Source: a bacterium (lineage in GTDB: Bacteria; Hinthialibacterota; Hinthialibacteria; Hinthialibacterales; Hinthialibacteraceae). From it: a stretch of 27,337 nucleotides of DNA. Location: the NCBI GenBank assembly GCA_041946805.1, contig JBHGBC010000079.1, positions 1-27,337 of the forward strand, in the 5' to 3' direction. The position numbers were made by a program, and so were the translations under genes. The notes under the pieces are model-generated. The model worked only from the letters and a program-made list of their open reading frames with translations, ran no database searches and was not told the origin of the DNA. The stretch's first letter is position 1; every line of letters begins with the position of its first letter. Shown piece after piece: positions 7,953-14,990 of the stretch.

Positions 7953-8987
7953 ATGTGCGCCGAAGCGTTGAGTCAAGCGGAAATTGATGCTCTGCTGCGC
8001 GGAGAAACCCCTCCCCCGGGCCCCAGCGCCATTACGCCCGAGGAAGAGGACATGGTCAAACAGTATTCCCGCATCGTGTCCGAAAGCGGGAGCGAAGTGC
8101 TGACCACCCTCCTGGGAGAAAACGTTTCCCTGCTCTTCAGCGATTTTAAGGAAACCGATGCCTCCACGATCTCCAACGAGATCCAGGGCAATCTGGTGGC
8201 GGCCGAACTGAATCACAAGGGCATGGTCCAAGGCAAAATCCTCCTGCTCCTGGCCGAGGACATCGCCTTGAAACTGGCCTCGCAGATGACCGGCGGCGGG
8301 GCCGGCAACGAATTCGGCGACCTGGAAGAAAGCGCCTTCCACGAAGCCATGCAATCCTTGTTCAATGCCGCCAACGCTCAATTGGCCCAACAACTGGGAG
8401 GGGAAATCTCCCTGGAAGTTCCCGAAATCATCGCCCGGCCGCCCAGCCTGGCTGATATGCTGCCTCCCTCTCCCGACCGGTGCCTGTGCTTGATCTACCG
8501 GATCGAATCCGGTTCGATCAGCGGCCCGATGCATCAAGTCGTGCCCCGTAACTTTCTGCATTCCATCATCAACGCCGCCTCCTCCGGCCTGCGCATCGCC
8601 GCCGAATCCCCGGAAGCCCGCGAAAGCAAAGCCGCCAAGGCGACAGTCATGGCCAAGCCCGCCCAGTTCGCGACCCTGGGCGGCGGATTCGGCGAATCCC
8701 GCGGAACGGGCGCCCCGGCGGTGGACATCTCCAACCTCACTCTGATTCTGGACATCTCCCTGGAAGTGACGGTGGAACTGGGGCGGACCCACCGGAAAAT
8801 CCGCGAGGTCCTGGAACTGGGGCCCGGTTCGGTGGTGGAACTGGACAAACTGGCGGGAGAACCGGTGGACGTGCTGGTGAACGGCAAGCTCTTCGCCAAG
8901 GGCGAAGTGGTGGTCATCGACGAGAATTTCGGCGTGCGCATCACGGACATCCTCACGATCGAGGAACGGATCGAGGCGTTGAAATAG
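7953..8987 (+). CDS. fliY: FliY-type C-ring protein (CheC-like middle domain + FliN domain)
   Basis: LSQAEIDALL N-terminus, CheC-like middle region, canonical FliN C-terminus LDISLEVTVELGR...LAGEPVDVLVNGKLFAKGEVVVIDENFGVRI. Confidence 0.9.
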   Translation: MCAEALSQAEIDALLRGETPPPGPSAITPEEEDMVKQYSRIVSESGSEVLTTLLGENVSLLFSDFKETDASTISNEIQGNLVAAELNHKGMVQGKILLLLAEDIALKLASQMTGGGAGNEFGDLEESAFHEAMQSLFNAANAQLAQQLGGEISLEVPEIIARPPSLADMLPPSPDRCLCLIYRIESGSISGPMHQVVPRNFLHSIINAASSGLRIAAESPEARESKAAKATVMAKPAQFATLGGGFGESRGTGAPAVDISNLTLILDISLEVTVELGRTHRKIREVLELGPGSVVELDKLAGEPVDVLVNGKLFAKGEVVVIDENFGVRITDILTIEERIEALK

Positions 8988-9088
8988 ATATAACAAAACC
9001 GGGTGGGGCGATACCAGAATGCACAATTTTTCTCGAATGGGAATGAACGGATTTCTCATTCCCAAAAGAGGAGGGGAAGACCAGAATA

Positions 9089-9173
9089 CCCTCTCCCCCT
9101 GGGAGAGGGGCAGGGTGAGGGAAAGCCCTTGCTTCGACGCCCCTCACGCCGGCCCTCTCCCAATGGGATAGGG
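9089..9173. repeat. Inverted pair of BoxC/PIT-like elements
   Basis: CCCTCTCCC-CCT-GGGAGAGGG-GCA-GGGTGAGGG (9089-9121) and a reverse-oriented copy (9141-9173). Confidence 0.85.
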
Positions 9174-9401
9174 AGAAAAAAGGGTATATATCCATCAGGG
9201 ATTGAAATGAGGGCATGGTTTTGTTCTGGTATGGTTTAGTGCCGTTCTTGTATTTCCGTACCCATTGAACTGTTTGTTGGAACAAAGCCATGGGTGTTTG
9301 AACGGTCCATGTTAATAAAATCACTGCGATCCGGCCTCCCCAAGCCGCCCCGGGACATGCGGGAGGAAGGGATCATTCGTGGTGCGGTTGAGGACAAACC
9401 C

Positions 9402-9818
9402 ATGAGACCCCCGTATCGACTCAAACTGATCGATCTCCTGTCGCTGCGCCCCGGGACATTGCTGCGCGTGCACGCCATCCGGGGTGAGATGAGTTCGCCG
9501 GCGGCGGAAGAGATCGTACGGGCCTCCGGCTGGCGGCGGGAGATTTCCACCGCCTGCTTTCCCGGCGGCGACCCGCAAACCATCCACAATTTCTCCAAAT
9601 TGCTGGATGTCTCGATCGACACCCGGGTGGTGGTGCGCCATCCCGGCGGGAAGGTGCTGGAGATCCTGAGCCTGGAGGCGGGGAATTGGGAAGCCCTGCT
9701 CTCCCGCGCGGGACACCGGGCCGATGTCCTGGTGGATGGCCGGGTGATCGCGGAAGGTGAAATCGTCGACGATTCCGGACAGAGCGGGATTTTGATCAAC
9801 AATGTGGTAGGGATTTGA
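9402..9818 (+). CDS. Divergent FliN/SpoA-domain protein
   Basis: LLDVSIDTRVVV....KVLEILSLEAG......RAGHRADVLVDGRVIAEGEIV....SGILINNV aligns with the FliN domain of the neighbouring fliY. RBS GAGGA before ATG 9402; alternative starts at 9357/9309. Confidence 0.7.
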   Translation: MRPPYRLKLIDLLSLRPGTLLRVHAIRGEMSSPAAEEIVRASGWRREISTACFPGGDPQTIHNFSKLLDVSIDTRVVVRHPGGKVLEILSLEAGNWEALLSRAGHRADVLVDGRVIAEGEIVDDSGQSGILINNVVGI

Positions 9819-9846
9819 ATCCATGCCATTGCGCCGCTAGAAAGAC

Positions 9847-9873
9847 GTCATCCCCGCGAAAGCGGGGATCCAG
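9847..9873 (+). repeat. dRS3-like palindrome
   Basis: GTC-ATCCCCGC-GAAA-GCGGGGAT-CCAG; a degenerate second copy lies at 23141-23167. Confidence 0.65.
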
Positions 9874-9943
9874 GAAAAAGTGGCCTGAGTTCCCCGGCCG
9901 GAGGAGAAAATCGAATTGACAAAGCGGCTGATGTCAGGTTTTT

Positions 9944-9975
9944 CCCTCACCCTGCTGTCTCCCGAAGGGAGAGGG
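9944..9975 (-). repeat. BoxC/PIT-like element (degenerate)
   Basis: CCCTCACCC-TG-CTGTCTCCC-GAA-GGGAGAGGG. Confidence 0.75.
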
Positions 9976-10036
9976 GATGGATCTCGGTTTTCGGCAGGAT
10001 TATGGCGTAGAGTGATGACATGGCGAAGGGAATCCT

Positions 10037-10337
10037 CGTAGGACGATTTACCGGCGCGCGGCGCTAGGTTGTGTGTTTTTTGAGCATCAACAACGTTTTT
10101 TAAACTAGCCCAGGGCTTCAGCCCTGGGAAAAATAAACAATCCCCTCTCCCTCTGGGAGAGGGTCCGGGTGAGGGAAAAAACGTAGGACGATTTACCGGC
10201 GCGCGGCGCTAGGTTGTGTGTTTTTTGAGTATCAACAACGCTTTTTAAACTAGCCCAGGGCTTCAGCCCTGGGATAAAAGTAAACAATCCCTCTCCCTCT
10301 GGGAGAGGGATAGGGTGAGGGAATCCCTGATAGGACG
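10037..10337 (+). repeat. Tandem duplication of a ~145-bp unit containing hairpin A and a PIT element
   Basis: Units start at 10037 and 10182 (CGTAGGACGATTTACCGGCGCGCGGCGCTAGG...) and are near-identical; TAGGACG recurs at 10331. Confidence 0.95.
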
Positions 10338-10552
10338 GACTATCTAGGCTCCTGGCAGCCTGGTGAATAGTCACGAAACCGAATTTCTCCGGGAAAACGG
10401 CTTCCTGGAGAAGGGAAGATTTCTCGGCTTCATCCTGTTTGTCTCATTCCTGCAATGGCCGGCCGCCTTTACGCCGGCGGATGAATTCAGGTTGAGGGCC
10501 GCGAGACCGGATTTCGCGGCGCCGGAGGTCGTTCTTCCGGCAGGAAAATCTC

Positions 10553-11362
10553 ATGTGGACTGGCGCTAGAGGGTGGTTCAATTTGGGTATGGGGGCGGCA
10601 CTGCTGCTGGCGGCCGGTTCGTCCTGGTCCGCCCAGCAGAAGACTTTCCGGACGTCCACGCCGGTTCCCTCGCCCACGGCCGTCGAGGCTCCCGCCACTC
10701 CCACGGCGGCCCCATCATTTGCCCCGGCGGCGTCCCCCACAGTCGCCGAAGCCACCCCGCCCGCCATCGTTTCTCCTCCCGACGCCATGGTGAACCAGGT
10801 GTTCGCCGCGGTGCGGGAACAATGGGATTCCGCTGAATCCGCTCCGTCCGATCCCCAGCCGGACAATCCGGTTCCCCAGTTGTTGGAGCGAACGGGGGGA
10901 AAATCGAACGCCCAAATCCTCGGCGAGATGCTGATCAGCCTCGCTTTCGTAATTCTGCTGATTCTCGCTCTCGCCTGGGCCGCCAAGCGCTTCCTGGTGA
11001 AAAACCGCAACCTCGGCGGCGGCCATATCGCCTGGATCAGTTCCTATAACCTCTCGCCCAAGTCGAAAATCCATCTGATCCGCGTGGGGAACGATCATTT
11101 CCTCCTCGGCGAAGGGGCGAGCGCCATCACCCTCATCGCCAAGCTCGACACGCCCGCGCCGGCCCCGGCCCCGGTCTCCGTTCCCTCGTCCGAACCGGCG
11201 GGGCCGCCGGCAGGCCTGTCGGAATCATTCCAAGATCAACTCTCCCACTGGGAATCGGTGTTGGACGACCGTTCGCTTCGCCAGGAGGTCAACGCCAGCC
11301 TCGTTTTCCTGAAAGGCTTGTCCCACCGCTTGCGGAAAAAGGGAGAACAAGAAAATGCCTAG
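10553..11362 (+). CDS. fliO: Flagellar biosynthesis protein FliO/FliZ with a long exported N-terminal region
   Basis: Signal peptide, Pro/Ala-rich linker, TM MLISLAFVILLILALAW, FliO core ISSYNLSPKSKIHLIRVG...LLGEG..AITLI; overlaps fliP by 8 bp. Confidence 0.85.
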   Translation: MWTGARGWFNLGMGAALLLAAGSSWSAQQKTFRTSTPVPSPTAVEAPATPTAAPSFAPAASPTVAEATPPAIVSPPDAMVNQVFAAVREQWDSAESAPSDPQPDNPVPQLLERTGGKSNAQILGEMLISLAFVILLILALAWAAKRFLVKNRNLGGGHIAWISSYNLSPKSKIHLIRVGNDHFLLGEGASAITLIAKLDTPAPAPAPVSVPSSEPAGPPAGLSESFQDQLSHWESVLDDRSLRQEVNASLVFLKGLSHRLRKKGEQENA

Positions 11363-12203
11363 CCGAATCCGCGCGTTTTTATTTCTCCTTGGCTTGGGGA
11401 GCCTGGGTTCCGCCTCCTTGGCGTACGGGCAGGAGGGCCAGCCGCTCTTCTCCCGGCTGGGCATCGATCCCATCAACGGCCCCAATCCCCAGGATGTGTC
11501 GGTCTCCCTGCAGATCCTGTTTTTGTTGACCATCCTCTCGCTGCTGCCCAGCATCGCCATCATGACCACCTCGTTTATCCGCATCTCCATCGTGCTCGGC
11601 CTGGTGCGCCGCGCGATCGGCACCCAGCAGACGCCCTCCAACGAGGTGATCGTCGGGCTGTCGCTCTTCATGACCTTTTTCATCATGACCCCTGTGTTCG
11701 AAAAAATGAACCAGAGCGCCATCCAGCCTTATCTCCGTCAGGAACTGAAGGGCCTGAATCCCGGAGAAACCGACGCCTATGGCAAACCGGTGAGCGAATA
11801 CACTCCGCCGTTTTATGTCATGCTGCAGCGCGCGTTGATCCCCCTGCGCAACTTCATGTGGGAGCAGATCGGCGTGGAAGGGGCCAACGACGTGGCTGTC
11901 TTCATGTCCATGGCCCGGATGGAAAAACCCAACACCCCCGGGGACGTGCCCACCCATGTGCTGATTCCGGCCTTCATGGTCAGCGAGTTGAAGAAGGCCT
12001 TCATGATGGGCTTCATGATTTTCATCCCCTTCTTGATACTCGATCTCGTGACGTCGTCGGTCCTGATCTCCATGGGCATGTTCCAACTGCCGCCCGCCTT
12101 CATTTCGCTGCCGTTCAAGATCCTGTTGTTCGTGCTGGTGGACGGGTGGAGCGTGCTGGCGCGCGCCCTGGGGACTTCGTTTTATCAAAACATGGCCGGT
12201 TGA
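11355..12203 (+). CDS. fliP: Flagellar export gate protein FliP
   Basis: LTILSLLPSIAIMTTSFIRI, IGTQQTPSN, LIPAFMVSELKKAF, LPPAFISLPFKILLFVLVDGW. Confidence 0.97.
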   Translation: MPSRIRAFLFLLGLGSLGSASLAYGQEGQPLFSRLGIDPINGPNPQDVSVSLQILFLLTILSLLPSIAIMTTSFIRISIVLGLVRRAIGTQQTPSNEVIVGLSLFMTFFIMTPVFEKMNQSAIQPYLRQELKGLNPGETDAYGKPVSEYTPPFYVMLQRALIPLRNFMWEQIGVEGANDVAVFMSMARMEKPNTPGDVPTHVLIPAFMVSELKKAFMMGFMIFIPFLILDLVTSSVLISMGMFQLPPAFISLPFKILLFVLVDGWSVLARALGTSFYQNMAG

Positions 12204-12310
12204 GGTTTCCACCGGCCCGGAATTGAAATGGATGTAACTATTCAACAGAATTCAGAACTTCAGCAGTGCTTTATTCGGAGTATGAGCCGGGATGGGAGCG
12301 CTAAACCATT

Positions 12311-12358
12311 CCCTCTCCCTCTGGGAGAAGATCCGGGTGAGGGTAGCCCTGAAAGGGC
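12311..12358 (+). repeat. BoxC/PIT-like element + D hairpin
   Basis: CCCTCTCCC-TCT-GGGAGAAGA-TCC-GGGTGAGGG (12311-43), then GCCCT-GAA-AGGGC (12346-58). Confidence 0.8.
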
Positions 12359-12430
12359 GAAATGCCTTCTTTCTCCACAATCGAGTAAACAGTGGCGAAT
12401 GGATATAAAAAAAGAGAAGGCCATACGGGC

Positions 12431-12706
12431 ATGAATGAAATGTTCATCATCCAACTCGGGCAGGACATGATGTTCAACGCCTTGCTCATCAGCCTGCCCA
12501 TTCTGGGCGTCGGCCTGGTCATCGGACTGTTGATCAGCATGTTCCAGACCGCGACCCAGATCAACGAACAAACCCTGACCATTGTGCCCAAACTGCTGTT
12601 CGTGGGGATCACCATCATGTTCCTCACGCCCTGGCTGATCGACCGGATGGTGGACATCACCATGCGCATGATGAACCTGATCCCGGAAGTGGCCCGGAAT
12701 TTTTAA
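12431..12706 (+). CDS. fliQ: Flagellar export protein FliQ
   Basis: ISMFQTATQINEQTLTIVPKL motif; 91 aa from ATG 12431, with AGAAGG upstream. Confidence 0.96.
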   Translation: MNEMFIIQLGQDMMFNALLISLPILGVGLVIGLLISMFQTATQINEQTLTIVPKLLFVGITIMFLTPWLIDRMVDITMRMMNLIPEVARNF

Positions 12707-12882
12707 TACGCGATTCCATCCGGGCGCGTTTGATGAAGGGATGGAAAGCAAACGAGAGTAGGAACTATTTTTATTCCATATCCCTTCGGAAGCGGGCCCG
12801 GACGCGGGTAAACCCCGAAGGATGGGATAGAAGATGTAGAGGTACGGCGGGCTCAAACCGCAGCGCAGTCCGCCATCATCCG

Positions 12883-12931
12883 CGTCCCCTTCAGGGGACG
12901 GCTTTACAGCAGCCCAGGGTTTCAACCCTGG
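12883..12931. repeat. Two REP-like hairpins (D-type and A-type)
   Basis: CGTCCCCT-TC-AGGGGACG (12883-12900) and CCAGGGTT-TC-AACCCTGG (12914-12931). Confidence 0.7.
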
Positions 12932-12995
12932 ACGGACGCGGGTAAGCCCGTACGAGCGGATTTTACGGCGTCCAGGCCCCCGGGTAATCAAAACG

Positions 12996-13853
12996 ATGCT
13001 GAACCTGTTGCCGCAGCCCTTGGAATCCCTGTTCCTGACGTTTTTCTTCGTCTACCTCCGAGTGGGCGCGGCGGTGTTCTCCATGCCGGTCCTGAGCGCG
13101 GATTCCGTCTCCCGTCCCATCCGCGCGGGGATCGCCTTCTGGGTGGCGGTGGTGCTGGCGGGACCCATGTTGGGGCTGACGGGCGGCGACCCGGGACTGC
13201 CGTTTCCCGCGGCGGCCCGGGTATACAACGGGATTCTGGATTTCTCCCTGGCCGTGCTGGCGGAGGTGGCCATCGGCCTCAGCCTGGGCTTCGCCGCCCA
13301 GGCGCTGCTGTCCGCCATCGGGCTGGCGGGTGAATTGATCGGCCAGCAGTCGGGCTTTTCGGCGGCGTCGGTGTTCGATCCGATCACCGGGCAGGATGTC
13401 TTTCTGATCGCCCAGATCAAGATTTGGATCGGACTCCTGATTTTCCTGGTGATCAACGGGCCGGAAACCGTCCTCACCGTGGCGGCCGACAGTTTCCGGA
13501 TCATCGCTCCCGGCGAAGGTTTCCCCTTGGGCAACCTGGGCGCGGCGGGCAATGATGTGTTTCTACTGGACAGCGGCCGGCGCGCCGCCCTGATCTCGAT
13601 CGTCTTCACAATGGGCCTGCAGCTCGCCGCGCCCATGATCGTGGCCATGATGCTGGTGAACATCGCGGAGGCGTTCATCGCCCGCACCGCCCCCCAGTTG
13701 AACATTCTGGCGGTGGGCTTCGCCATCCGCATTTCGTTGTCGTTGTTCATCCTCTGGATGTCCATGCGTTACATCGTCGTCGCCTTGCATTGGTTTTTGA
13801 CGCGGTACACCACGTATGCCGAGGCGTTTTTAGGCCGGTTGGCGCCATTCTGA
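12996..13853 (+). CDS. fliR: Flagellar export protein FliR
   Basis: EVAIGLSLG, AGELIGQQSGFSAASVFDP, IARTAPQLNILAVGF; highly hydrophobic. Confidence 0.95.
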   Translation: MLNLLPQPLESLFLTFFFVYLRVGAAVFSMPVLSADSVSRPIRAGIAFWVAVVLAGPMLGLTGGDPGLPFPAAARVYNGILDFSLAVLAEVAIGLSLGFAAQALLSAIGLAGELIGQQSGFSAASVFDPITGQDVFLIAQIKIWIGLLIFLVINGPETVLTVAADSFRIIAPGEGFPLGNLGAAGNDVFLLDSGRRAALISIVFTMGLQLAAPMIVAMMLVNIAEAFIARTAPQLNILAVGFAIRISLSLFILWMSMRYIVVALHWFLTRYTTYAEAFLGRLAPF

Positions 13854-13889
13854 GCGGTGGCTTGAACACCGCCGGCGTAGAGGGGATCC

Positions 13890-14966
13890 ATGGCGGATAC
13901 GGAATCGGGTCAGGAAAAAACCGAGCCCGCGACGGGACGCAAACGCACCCGCGCCCGCGAGGAGGGGAACGTCCCCAAAAGCCACGAAGTCAACACCACC
14001 CTGGTGCTGATCGCCGGAGTGGCGTCGTTCTATTACCTGGCCGGCCACTATTTCGGCGGGCTGATGGAGGCGGTTCGCTATTACCTGCAGGAAAGCGCCC
14101 GGCCCGTCACGCCGGACAGTTATTATTCGATTCTGCTGGAAGCCGGGCTACGGACGCTGATCATTGTGTTCCCCTTTCTTTTGATCCTCACCGTGGCGGC
14201 CCTGGCCATCAATCTCTTGCAGGTCGGTTTTCTCCTCTCCGGCAAACCCCTGATCCCCCGGTTCGGGCGGATGAATCCGGCCCAGGGGATCAAGCGGCTG
14301 TTCTCGGCCCGGGGCGCGGTCGAGCTGGTGAAATCGATGGGCAAGATCTTCATCATCGCCCCGGTGATGATCTACACCGTGTACAAGGAAATCCCGAACC
14401 TGATGGGCCTGGTGGAGATGGAAGTGAGGGACAGCATGATCTACATGGGCTACGCCTGTTTCGATCTGGCGGTGAAGGCCCTGCTGATCATGATCGTCCT
14501 GGCCATCGCCGATTACGCCTACCAGCGTTGGCAGCACGAAAAAGACCTGCGGATGACCAAGGAGGAAGTCCGGCAGGAGATGAAGGACATTCAAGGCGAT
14601 CCCAAGATTAAAAGCCGCATCCGTTCGATCCAGATCCAGATGGCGCGCCAACGGATGATGGAGCAGGTCCCCCAGGCGGAAGTAGTCGTCACCAACCCCA
14701 CCGAATACGCGGTGGCCCTGAAATACACGCCGGACGAACACCCCGCTCCCCAGGTCATCGCCAAGGGGCGGAACCTCCTCGCGCAGCGGATCAAGGAGAT
14801 CGCCCTGGAGCACAATATCCCGATCGTGGAAAACCGGCCGCTGGCCCAGTCACTCTACAAGCTGGTCGGCGTGGGCGGCCTGATTCCGCCTGACCTGTAC
14901 CAGGCCGTGGCGGAAGTGCTCGCGTACGTTTACAAACTGACCCGCCGGATCCCGGTCCGGACGTAA
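13890..14966 (+). CDS. flhB: Flagellar export switch protein FlhB
   Basis: EKTEPAT, GNVPKS, LRMTKEEVRQEMKDIQGDP, VVTNPTEYAVAL, IPIVENRPLA. Confidence 0.97.
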   Translation: MADTESGQEKTEPATGRKRTRAREEGNVPKSHEVNTTLVLIAGVASFYYLAGHYFGGLMEAVRYYLQESARPVTPDSYYSILLEAGLRTLIIVFPFLLILTVAALAINLLQVGFLLSGKPLIPRFGRMNPAQGIKRLFSARGAVELVKSMGKIFIIAPVMIYTVYKEIPNLMGLVEMEVRDSMIYMGYACFDLAVKALLIMIVLAIADYAYQRWQHEKDLRMTKEEVRQEMKDIQGDPKIKSRIRSIQIQMARQRMMEQVPQAEVVVTNPTEYAVALKYTPDEHPAPQVIAKGRNLLAQRIKEIALEHNIPIVENRPLAQSLYKLVGVGGLIPPDLYQAVAEVLAYVYKLTRRIPVRT

Positions 14967-14990
14967 AGAAATTCAATCCAGGATTGAACC

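Noticed and set aside
9916..9936. TTGACA as an internal -35, and TGACA-N10-TGTCA as an operator
   Set aside because: No -10 box at a suitable distance; a 5-bp inverted repeat is too short to support alone.
10037..10337. Tandem repeats with palindromes as a CRISPR array
   Set aside because: Only two units, the sequence between palindromes is duplicated rather than unique, the 145-bp period is too long, and no cas genes are present.
10363..10569. 68-aa ORF with a hydrophobic stretch upstream of fliO
   Set aside because: GTG start without an RBS and no recognisable similarity; cannot be supported without homology or expression data.
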